Origin: an uncultured Dehalococcoidaceae bacterium
GTDB lineage: Bacteria > Chloroflexota > Dehalococcoidia > Dehalococcoidales > RBG-16-60-22
Assembly (NCBI GenBank): GCA_964503235.1
Contig: CAZCZJ010000003.1
Location: 1-61,368, forward strand
DNA: 61,368 bases
Reading direction: 5' to 3'
Shown: positions 53,651-61,368 of the stretch, one piece after another
How the letters are laid out: the number at the start of each line of letters is the position of its first letter
How positions within the stretch are numbered: the stretch's first letter is position 1
Position numbers and translations under genes: made by a program
The notes under the pieces: generated by a model
The model's database searches: none
Told to the model about the DNA's origin: nothing
The model's input: only the letters and a program-made list of their open reading frames with translations

Positions 53651-53794
53651 ATGAATAAAACGGTCTTGGTTACCGGTGCCGCCGGACTCATCGGTTCCCA
53701 TCTATCAGAAAAGTTGGTCCAGCTCAATTATCAGGTTATCGGGCTGGATAATTACGATGATTTTTATTCTCCGGCTTATAAGATGGTATGAAGG
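53651..53794 (+). pseudogene. N-terminal 47-codon fragment of an NAD-dependent epimerase/dehydratase
   Basis: [46 protein letters not shown] parallels the N-terminus of 9798-10742 (MNKAVVTGGAGFIGSHIAEELSKRGYQVTIIDN). It stops where the next GT gene starts. Confidence 0.6.
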
Positions 53795-54792
53795 TTTTAG
53801 CAGTTACCAATATGTACCCGACTCCCCAGGCACCGGCCTTCGGGCCTTTTATCAAAGCCCAGATAGATTCCGAAAGGAAAGAGGGTATCGATATTGATGT
53901 GCTTTTTATCAATGGTGATAAAAGCAGGTGGAACTATTTATGGGGCTTTTTTAGATTCTGGGCACGGCTCCTTACCAGGCGTTATGACCTGATTCACGCC
54001 CATTACGTATTTATGGGAATCCTGGCCAGGTTTCAGTTTCTGTATCCAGTCGTTTTGACGCATACCGGGGCCCAGGTATTTAGAGGCTGGCAGGCTAAGC
54101 CAAGCCGTATCATCTCTCGAATGTGCGACAGGGTGATCGTCCGCACCCTTGAGATGAAAGAAAAGATGGGTATAGAAAAGGCTGAAATCATACCTGCCGG
54201 TGTTGACTTCGATCTGTTTAAACCCATGCCGCCAGAAGAATGCCGCCGGCAGCTGGGTCTATCCCAGGATAAAAAGCTGGTTCTCTGGGCCGGAGCGTAT
54301 GCCAGACCGATAAAAAGGTACGATATCGTCGAGAAGGCGATAGCTATTTTACAAAAAAATATGTCCGGGGTAGAGCTGGTATTAGCCACCGGCCACCCGC
54401 TCGATGTAGTGCCGCTATATATGAACGCCTGCGATGTATTACTACTGGTCTCTAACGCCGAAGGTTCACCGAACGTTATCAAGGAGTCCATGGCCTGCAA
54501 CCTGCCTATCGTGTCCGTGCCGGTAGGAGATGTACCCGAGATAATCGGTGATACCGAAGGTTGTTATCTATGCACGCAAGATCCTGAGGATGTTGCTGAA
54601 AAACTCCAAATGGCTCTCCTGTGGGGAAAAAGGACCGAAGGCCGCGATAAAATAAAACACCTTGAAATAGGTGCCGTTAGCCGGAGGATTATCGCAGTGT
54701 ATGAGGGGCTGCTAAAGGAAAAACAGGAACATATGCTATCAAGATTATGGTCATGGTGCCGTAACGGAGAGAAGGTAACTAAGGGGCAATGA
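53788..54792 (+). CDS. GT4-family glycosyltransferase
   Basis: [26 protein letters not shown] (E-x7-E). Confidence 0.85.
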   Translation: MKVLAVTNMYPTPQAPAFGPFIKAQIDSERKEGIDIDVLFINGDKSRWNYLWGFFRFWARLLTRRYDLIHAHYVFMGILARFQFLYPVVLTHTGAQVFRGWQAKPSRIISRMCDRVIVRTLEMKEKMGIEKAEIIPAGVDFDLFKPMPPEECRRQLGLSQDKKLVLWAGAYARPIKRYDIVEKAIAILQKNMSGVELVLATGHPLDVVPLYMNACDVLLLVSNAEGSPNVIKESMACNLPIVSVPVGDVPEIIGDTEGCYLCTQDPEDVAEKLQMALLWGKRTEGRDKIKHLEIGAVSRRIIAVYEGLLKEKQEHMLSRLWSWCRNGEKVTKGQ

Positions 54793-55946
54793 AAAGAGTA
54801 TGTATCATCAGACAAAAATATTATCCGATGCAGAGAAACCTGCGCCGTAACGCGGAGACTCTAGTTAAAGAAGGGTACCAGGTAGATGTTATCTGCGTCG
54901 GCAGAAAGGGACAACCACGGCACGAGATGGTCAATGGTGTGAACGCACACCGCATCCACTATTCATACCATCGGAACAATGCCTTATGGTATATCTTTGA
55001 TTATTTCAGTTTTTTTATACTGGCGTCTCTCAAGCTGGCGCGGCTATCCATCAAAAAACGTTTTGACGTGATAGAAGTCTGTAACATACCTGACTTTCAT
55101 ATATTTGCAACCCTCTTCCCCAAGCTTCTGGGAAGTAAAGTTACTTTTTACATGTTTGAGAAGACAGAGGCATTGTTTGCTACCAATCTTGGGCTAAGCC
55201 GCAAACACATATTTACCAGAATCATAAATTTCATCACGAAAACGGTCATGCATTATGCTGACCATATAATTTTTACCGATGTTGTGGTACAGAAAGAGGC
55301 AATAGAGAATTTTGGGATTCCAGGCAGCAAAACAACCCTTGTTTTAAACGTACCCGATGAATCCGTCTTTAACCTTGAACCTGTTAATGACGCCGACGAT
55401 AATCACCATTTCAATATTACCATAGCAAGCTCGATTTTAAAACGGTACGGGTTACAGACAATGCTTCAGGCGGTACCATTACTCCTTAAAGATATTCCCG
55501 AGTTAAAAGTACATATCATCGGAGGCGGCGAATTCCTTCCGCGTATTCGACAAATGGCTCAAGAGATGGGAATAGAGCCGTATTTAGATATTATCGGGCC
55601 TATCCCTTACGGAGAAGTATCATCCTATATTGCACGGGCTGATATCTGTGTGGCGCCCATGATCGGTGATGTCGGCACCCCCAATAAAGTCCTCGAGTAT
55701 TTTGCTCTGGGAAAAGCAACAGTGTCCACTGATCTGCCCGGGCTGAAGGCTCTATTCGATGACGACTCTATATTATATTTCCAATCCGGCAATGAGGTGG
55801 AATTAGCCGAGCGGATTCTGGAGTTATATCATAACCCGGAGAAGCGGGCTGCTATGGGTCGCCTGGCTCAGGAGTTCCATCGTAAACACAGTTGGCCGAT
55901 AATGAAGCAGGCATACCTGGGAGTATACAAACGACTAATGGACTAA
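54789..55946 (+). CDS. GT4-family glycosyltransferase
   Basis: GT-B C-terminal pattern GTPNKVLEYFALGKATVSTDLPG. It overlaps the previous gene at ATGA. Confidence 0.8.
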   Translation: MKRVCIIRQKYYPMQRNLRRNAETLVKEGYQVDVICVGRKGQPRHEMVNGVNAHRIHYSYHRNNALWYIFDYFSFFILASLKLARLSIKKRFDVIEVCNIPDFHIFATLFPKLLGSKVTFYMFEKTEALFATNLGLSRKHIFTRIINFITKTVMHYADHIIFTDVVVQKEAIENFGIPGSKTTLVLNVPDESVFNLEPVNDADDNHHFNITIASSILKRYGLQTMLQAVPLLLKDIPELKVHIIGGGEFLPRIRQMAQEMGIEPYLDIIGPIPYGEVSSYIARADICVAPMIGDVGTPNKVLEYFALGKATVSTDLPGLKALFDDDSILYFQSGNEVELAERILELYHNPEKRAAMGRLAQEFHRKHSWPIMKQAYLGVYKRLMD

Positions 55947-55948
55947 AT

Positions 55949-57316
55949 ATGGAAGTTTCGGTTAAAAAACAAAGTATCCTACAACGGCCGCTGGGTATTA
56001 CTCTGATTGCCTTAGGAGCGGCCATATTGTGGGTTGTCTTCCCCGGCGACGCGGCGCCGCTGGTATTCCTGGCGGTAGCGGTATTATTCATCATCGGTCT
56101 CAGAGAGCCGGTCTGGGCGGTAGCCGCCTTGCTTGTTTCCCAATTATCAATCCCTGGCTATTATATTGGGCCAATCAGCCTGCGTCTTTTATTGTTACTT
56201 TTAACTGGAATTTTAATCTGGCGCGCGCATATTCAGGGGAAAATACAACTCGGAAAGAAAGCCAAGCGAATCATTATCCCGATAATCCTTCTTATCGCGA
56301 TAGTCGCTATCTCGAATTTGTTCAACTCAAGCATTGATTTTGTATACAAAGAACTCCGATATTTGTTAGCAGGACTGCTTATCGTTATCTTCCTGCCGGC
56401 GGTAATCAAAAACGTCAGAGACCTCAAGCTGCTTTGTGGTGTTGCCATTACAGCGGTTACCATCTCGGTGATAGCCGCTCTGTATCAGAGTGTGGCTCAT
56501 TCCGGAAGAGTTCGTGGCATTTCGGAAAGCTCACTTCAGTTATCTTATATCCTCAGCATGGTATTCCTGGTCATCCTGGCAATATTGATTGTAGAGGGGA
56601 TAAAAAAAGAGAACCGGAGACTTTTATTACCGGCAGTATTGATGCTACCGGCTTTATACTTAACATACACACGTTCGGCACTCTTTGCCCTTTTTTTTGG
56701 GCTTGTGGCGCTGTTTCTCTTTTTAAAAACACGCATCAGGGGCGAGATCATAATGCTGGCTATCCTAGGCGTTACCATTTATTTATCCGCAAGCGGCTTT
56801 ATCGACAACTTCTCTTTCGGCGCCCGGAGTGAGGAAAATCAGGAGGCAAGCAGCGTTACACGAAAGATACTCTGGCAAACGGGGCTTGCCATCGCGATGG
56901 ATAACCCCGTCCTGGGTATCGGGGGTGCCCAATACAAAGAACTCTCTCTGGAATATACGTCTGCCATCGACCCATCTCTCCTAGAGGATAGATATTGGAC
57001 TTACCAGACTCTGGGCCTAGGAGAGTTCCAGATTCACAATGATTTTCTTAGAATGTGGGTCTACTACGGCACAATAGCCTTGGTGGTCTTTCTATGGATT
57101 TTTCTTGTAATCATGCGGAACTGCATTGAGTCATTCCGGACATCAAAACGGAAATTCATCAAGGGGCTTTCTGTCGGTTTAGCAGCCGGACTTATATCTT
57201 ATTCTATTAATGCTTTTTATCATAACGTGCTAGCGGATTTCTCTCTTTTGTGGCTCATAGCCGGCTTTTCCCTGGCGACAATTAAACTAGCAGACCAAGA
57301 GAATAATGTGCTCTGA
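55949..57316 (+). CDS. O-antigen polymerase/ligase-family membrane protein (Wzy-like)
   Basis: Polytopic, more than 10 TM, with a Wzy_C-like segment YLTYTRSALFALFFGLVALFLF and a large loop before the last TMs. The internal ATG 55949 was chosen to avoid overlap with the GT gene. Confidence 0.7.
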   Translation: MEVSVKKQSILQRPLGITLIALGAAILWVVFPGDAAPLVFLAVAVLFIIGLREPVWAVAALLVSQLSIPGYYIGPISLRLLLLLLTGILIWRAHIQGKIQLGKKAKRIIIPIILLIAIVAISNLFNSSIDFVYKELRYLLAGLLIVIFLPAVIKNVRDLKLLCGVAITAVTISVIAALYQSVAHSGRVRGISESSLQLSYILSMVFLVILAILIVEGIKKENRRLLLPAVLMLPALYLTYTRSALFALFFGLVALFLFLKTRIRGEIIMLAILGVTIYLSASGFIDNFSFGARSEENQEASSVTRKILWQTGLAIAMDNPVLGIGGAQYKELSLEYTSAIDPSLLEDRYWTYQTLGLGEFQIHNDFLRMWVYYGTIALVVFLWIFLVIMRNCIESFRTSKRKFIKGLSVGLAAGLISYSINAFYHNVLADFSLLWLIAGFSLATIKLADQENNVL

Positions 57317-57341
57317 TATGCTAGGAATGAAGTGACAAATA

Positions 57342-57605
57342 ATGCTTGACGTTAAGAACAAAGAGAAATTACAGATGATGTTTTACCCAACGGCAAAGGA
57401 TGTCATTATTGGCCCTGTAAGAAGAGCAACGGACCAATACGTACAACCCGGGTCTAAAGTGTTTAATGCAGGCTGTGGGAAAGGAACATGGTTGCTACGG
57501 AAATATCGCGGTATCATGGGCAGCTGGACAGGTGTTGATGTTCAGCCTCCAAAGGAAACCATGATGAACGAGTTTGTTTCATGCGATCTGGAGAACATAC
57601 CATAA
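57342..57605 (+). pseudogene. truncated N-terminal part of a class I SAM methyltransferase (87 codons)
   Basis: KVFNAGCGKGTW (motif I) and WTGVDV (post-I) are followed by a stop after DLENIP. About 170 nt of non-coding sequence follows. Confidence 0.45.
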
Positions 57606-57800
57606 TTCACTCGGGCGAAACCGATTAGGTCACAGATATCAGGTGTGTACCACAAGCCATAAAAAAGCCATGAAGAACGTAAGGCTTAAAAGTATATGCG
57701 GTAACGATTACCTGCCAGCCGCAGTCATCTTGGAACATTATTATTGTAGCTACCAGAAGTTAGTTTTGGTCAAGCAGTGCTGCCATATCAAGGAAAATCG

Positions 57801-58955
57801 ATGAAAAACCCGAGAATCAAAGTAATGTTCCCGACAAACTATCTGGGAATCGGCGGGGCTGAGCAACAACTATTGGAGTTGGTGAAAGGAATTGATAAGG
57901 AACATTTTGAACCGATAGTTCTTACTCTTTATCCGGGGGGTCCCCTGGATAAGGAGATAAGGGCAATCCAAGGGGCCAGCTTGATTTCCGTTAATAGAAA
58001 GGGTAAATACGATTTCTGGACAGTATTCAAAATACTCAAGCTTCTCCGGCAAAAGGAAGTGGATATCATTCAACCATTCCTCATTCCGGCTACTTTCTAC
58101 GGGCTGCTGGCTGCTTTGATAAACCGTACCCCGGTAAAGATAATGACGGAACGCGGCGGATTTCGCTCCCCTGGTAGTCTTGGATTCCGTATTTATCAAA
58201 AAATACAGGATAGATTAACGCGCTTTGCCGATTGGGTCGTCGCTAACAGTGAAGCGGGTAAGAGCTATCTGATAAGCCGGGGCATCAATCCGGCTCGTAT
58301 AAAAGTCATCTACAACGGTATTAATCTCAGCCGTCTTACTCCGGACCCGGTGAAAGTCGCGCGCCTGCGGGAACAACTCAATTTGCCGGCGGACGGAATG
58401 GTCGTCGGAATGACGGCTAATCTTCAGCCGGATAAAGACTACGTGACATTTCTCCGGGGGTCCAGGATTATACATGAAATGATGCCGCAGGCACGGTTCG
58501 CCATTCTGGGCGAAGGACCTTTGCGGCCGGACATCGAAAACCTGGCTAAAGAGCTGGGGTTGAAATCTCTGGTGACATTCTTCGGGCACCAGCGGGACAT
58601 CGCCTCTTATATATCCTGTTTCGATGTAGCCTGCCTGTGCTCGGTACATTCGGAGGGATGTTCGAACGTAATTTTGGAATCCATGGCCATGGGAAAACCG
58701 GTGGTGGCCTCGGATGTGGCCGGGAACAGAGAACTGGTGGAACACGGCGACAACGGGCTTTTGGTCCGCACCGGTGACCCCGGGGCTTTTGCCGAGGCCG
58801 TCCTTACATGTCTCAGGCAGCCGGACCTGGCGCGAGAGATGGGAGAACGCGCCAGGAAAATTGTCGTGGCACGGTTTAGCCTCGACCGTATGGCGCGTGA
58901 TTACGAAACGCTGTACGAACAAACCCTACTGGTAAAAAAGAAGGGGAAGGATTGA
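57801..58955 (+). CDS. GT4-family glycosyltransferase
   Basis: GGAEQQLLELVKG at the N-terminus and EGCSNVILESMAMGKPVVAS (E-x7-E). The start is taken at MKNPRIKVMF. Confidence 0.85.
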   Translation: MKNPRIKVMFPTNYLGIGGAEQQLLELVKGIDKEHFEPIVLTLYPGGPLDKEIRAIQGASLISVNRKGKYDFWTVFKILKLLRQKEVDIIQPFLIPATFYGLLAALINRTPVKIMTERGGFRSPGSLGFRIYQKIQDRLTRFADWVVANSEAGKSYLISRGINPARIKVIYNGINLSRLTPDPVKVARLREQLNLPADGMVVGMTANLQPDKDYVTFLRGSRIIHEMMPQARFAILGEGPLRPDIENLAKELGLKSLVTFFGHQRDIASYISCFDVACLCSVHSEGCSNVILESMAMGKPVVASDVAGNRELVEHGDNGLLVRTGDPGAFAEAVLTCLRQPDLAREMGERARKIVVARFSLDRMARDYETLYEQTLLVKKKGKD

Positions 58956-59024
58956 GGACACCTTAACCGGGATACGATCGTCATACCGTCTCGATAATCT
59001 AAAACAAAATATCCTGGAGAAAGT

Positions 59025-60575
59025 ATGGGTATAGCCAGAACCATAGCCAGAAATACTATATACGAATTAATAACCAATGTGTCTGAACTGGGGATAGCTT
59101 TTGTTGTAGGAATAGTACTAACGCGAGGCTTAGGCCCAGAGCAGTACGGTCTTTATGCTTATACAATATGGCTTCTCGGTCTCGCATCGCTTGGCACTAA
59201 TCTTGGTTTTGGAGAAATGAGCCGGAGGTTTATTCCCGAAGCAATGGGGCGCCAGGACACCCGCGAGGCAGCCGGTTTTGTGCAACTCTCATTTATATCC
59301 AGAATCACGGCTTCTATAGTTGTGTTTCTAGCTATTCTATTTTCATCCGGCTATTGGGCACGGGCAAGCGGTGATGAAGGTAATCAGCTATTATTTATTG
59401 TTGCTGCTTGTACTATAGTGCCCGCCACGATACAACAAGCAATCATCGGGGTATTTAAAGGGTTCCAAAAATTCGAAAATTCTCTTTACATCACTATGAT
59501 TATGAGTCCCGTGCGTCTCGTGCTGGTCATAATATTTATGGCTCTGGGTTATGGTGTGATGACGGTGATTTTGATAAACCTCTTTACGCTGATCCCGAGT
59601 CTATTAATGGGAATCTTCCTGTTACGAAAGTTAGTGCCACTAAAAATGTTGTTCTCGCCATCACTCCTCTCCAGCGATAGAAAAAAACAGGCGTTGAGAT
59701 ATTCTTTATTAGTGGCAGGTATGTTAGGCTTGGGTTATTTAATCGGCAAAGACACTGAAATCTTCTTCCTGGGATTATACCGTACGGTTGAAGATATTGG
59801 TTTCTTTAAATTAGCCTATACTATTGCACCGATGACTTCGCTCTTTCCAGCAGCTTTTGGTTTTGTGCTTCTTCCGGCCCTCGCTGAGCAGTTCGGTAAG
59901 GGAGCTATTGAGCAATTAAAGGAAATATATCTTACCTCCACGCGGTACCTGATGATAGTGGCGTTACCTACGGCTGTGGGTGGGATTGCCCTGGCTGACT
60001 CGTTCATTACAGTCATATACGGACGGGATTATAATCCTGCGATTACCCTTTTCCAGATCATCTGCGTGCCTATTGCTATTGACAACATAGCTAATGCTGG
60101 CAGTGTCTGCATCCGCAGTATAAACCGCCCAGGTTTTCTTCTTATAACAAGGGTAATTATTGCCCTAAGCAACGTTGGCTTGAGCCTGTTACTTATCCCG
60201 AGATATGGCATATTAGGAGCGGCTATTGCCAGTTCAATATCCCTGGCAATAAGCCTCCCATTTTACTCCATTTTCGTTTCAAGAAGAATCGGGGTCACCT
60301 GGCCGATACGGGATACTATCAAGATAGTCGCAGCCTCAATAATCATGGGCGTGGTAGTTTACGCTCTTCATAGCCAAATAAATGATGTTCTCAGTCTGGC
60401 TCTTGGCATACCGCTTGGCGTAGTCATATATATTGTAGCTATATTTGCTTTCAGGGAAATAAATGCACAAGATATTAAAAATCTCAGCGGTATCCAGAAT
60501 TCTCTACCCTCGGTCCTGAGAAAATACTATATTTCCCTCCTAGGATTGATGGAGAAGGTTATTACAAAGAAATAA
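59025..60575 (+). CDS. oligosaccharide-unit flippase (Wzx; MOP/polysaccharide biosynthesis protein family)
   Basis: 516 aa, about 14 TM, with the N-terminal pattern ..ARNTIYELITNVSELGIAFVVGIVLTRGLGPEQYGLY typical of PST flippases. Confidence 0.8.
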   Translation: MGIARTIARNTIYELITNVSELGIAFVVGIVLTRGLGPEQYGLYAYTIWLLGLASLGTNLGFGEMSRRFIPEAMGRQDTREAAGFVQLSFISRITASIVVFLAILFSSGYWARASGDEGNQLLFIVAACTIVPATIQQAIIGVFKGFQKFENSLYITMIMSPVRLVLVIIFMALGYGVMTVILINLFTLIPSLLMGIFLLRKLVPLKMLFSPSLLSSDRKKQALRYSLLVAGMLGLGYLIGKDTEIFFLGLYRTVEDIGFFKLAYTIAPMTSLFPAAFGFVLLPALAEQFGKGAIEQLKEIYLTSTRYLMIVALPTAVGGIALADSFITVIYGRDYNPAITLFQIICVPIAIDNIANAGSVCIRSINRPGFLLITRVIIALSNVGLSLLLIPRYGILGAAIASSISLAISLPFYSIFVSRRIGVTWPIRDTIKIVAASIIMGVVVYALHSQINDVLSLALGIPLGVVIYIVAIFAFREINAQDIKNLSGIQNSLPSVLRKYYISLLGLMEKVITKK

Positions 60576-60601
60576 CTCACTATATAGTAGAAGGTTTAAA
60601 G

Positions 60602-61368
60602 ATGAGTTTATTTTCGATAAGGAACTTCAAATATATTCCTCTTTTTGGTAATAGAATTGGGTATATTGGTTGGTTAGGGCATGGAAATTTGGGTGATGAG
60701 GCCATGTATAAGGCTACTCAAATGGCTTTCAATCGTAATGATATCTTACTATATAAATATCATAATAAAATGCAATACTTAGAGAATATCATGAAAAAGC
60801 GAATCTATAAATTCGTCATGCTTGGAGGAGGGACTCTAATAAACACCCGGGGTTCCGGGGGGCAGCTTCGCCTTGCTCAGAATCTGAATTACCCAACTGC
60901 TGTATTTGGGTCTGGAGTCAGGAACCCTGAATTTTGGGACAGAATTCCTGGCGAATCAAATCTACTAGGTGAATGGATTACTATATTAAAACAATGTGAG
61001 TCTGTTGGAATAAGGGGGCCCATTTCACAAAGCATTTTAGAACAAAATGGATTTCATAAAGCAGAAGTCATTGGGGACCCGGTATTGTTTTTAGCTCGAC
61101 CGAACATTGAAGAAAAGGCAATGAATAAGAAATTGGGGCTTAACATCGGGACTTCATACGGAAGAATATGGGGTAAAGAAGAAGAGGTCTTAGATTTTAT
61201 CGTTAAATTTGCACATATTATGATTGATAAGGCGTGGGAAATAACATTCGTTCCAGTTTGGGATCAGGATTTACCATATATCGAAGAAGCTGTGCGGCGA
61301 ATTAATAAACACATTAACATTTTTCTAAAGTACAAATCGTTAGAAGATACTTTAAGATTTATTGAGTC
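60602..61368 (+). CDS. polysaccharide pyruvyl transferase family protein, partial (runs off the right edge)
   Basis: Absent from the ORF track. Hand translation from ATG 60602 gives MSLFSIRNFKYIPLFGNRIGYIGWLGHGNLGDEAMYKA..LGGGTLIN..GIRGPISQSIL..IGDPVLF, the PS_pyruv_trans pattern. Confidence 0.7.
   Translation, partial: MSLFSIRNFKYIPLFGNRIGYIGWLGHGNLGDEAMYKATQMAFNRNDILLYKYHNKMQYLENIMKKRIYKFVMLGGGTLINTRGSGGQLRLAQNLNYPTAVFGSGVRNPEFWDRIPGESNLLGEWITILKQCESVGIRGPISQSILEQNGFHKAEVIGDPVLFLARPNIEEKAMNKKLGLNIGTSYGRIWGKEEEVLDFIVKFAHIMIDKAWEITFVPVWDQDLPYIEEAVRRINKHINIFLKYKSLEDTLRFIE

Noticed and set aside
58215-58922. A 235-aa minus-strand ORF.
   Set aside because: It is fully embedded antisense in the GT4 gene (57801-58955), has no recognisable motifs and shows a biased R/H/P composition.
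1-61368. CRISPR arrays, rRNA genes and long tandem repeats.
   Set aside because: None were seen. The only periodic signals are the 5-8-nt phased motifs with 11-nt spacing, which have no repeat-spacer structure.

Overview
This is a 61.4-kb, moderately AT-rich bacterial window.

**Left ~7.7 kb: ordinary content.**
- A partial P-type ATPase and two tandem-USP genes.
- An ABC-2 exporter pair and a UbiA/MenA-like prenyltransferase.
- An orphan 3' fragment of tRNA-Arg(UCU), a CPBP protease and a small MerR/excisionase-type HTH gene.

**From ~7.9 kb to the right edge: one large, mosaic cell-surface glycan locus of the Wzx/Wzy type.**
- Sugar-nucleotide genes: UDP-GlcNAc-class and UDP-Glc 6-dehydrogenases, a 4-epimerase, and a WbpB/WbpD/WbpE-like triad that predicts a 2,3-diacetamido uronic acid.
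- Assembly genes: an initiating phosphoglycosyl transferase, a Wzz-like co-polymerase, four GT4 glycosyltransferases, a Wzy-like polymerase, a Wzx flippase, a pyruvyl transferase (partial at the right edge) and UppP.
- A 1316-aa beta-helix/CARDB surface protein.
- An operon of a SipW-like peptidase, an ABC-2 exporter and a PF14907-type nucleotidyltransferase.
- An OmpR-type two-component system, plus an 836-aa signalling protein whose four domains all look catalytically dead.

**Most unusual content: a ~16.7-kb co-directional block (36.1-52.8 kb, minus strand).**
- It combines a stand-alone NRPS A-T didomain, a KS-AT-T-TE type I PKS module whose TE nucleophile reads Cys rather than Ser, and an Sfp-type PPTase.
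- It also holds two paralogous CapK/PaaK-like ligases, a methyltransferase, two polysaccharide deacetylases, a GNAT, an ATP-grasp::FemAB-like fusion and a nitroreductase.
- A second FemAB/CelD-like gene lies next door.
- I read this as a candidate system for acyl or aminoacyl decoration of the glycan rather than a free-metabolite cluster.

**Non-coding signals.**
- Arrays of CTTAC/CTAAC pentamers phased at exactly 11 nt recur in at least 8-10 intergenic regions, four of them with the exact 8-mer TTCTAACC.
- An ~83-nt promoter-like module is repeated upstream of two minus-strand genes.
- There are two palindromic operator candidates.
- Several gene fragments and an IS3 transposase remnant mark recombination scars.

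No CRISPR array, rRNA or intact tRNA was seen. All calls come from reading the ORF translations and the DNA by eye; no database search was run.
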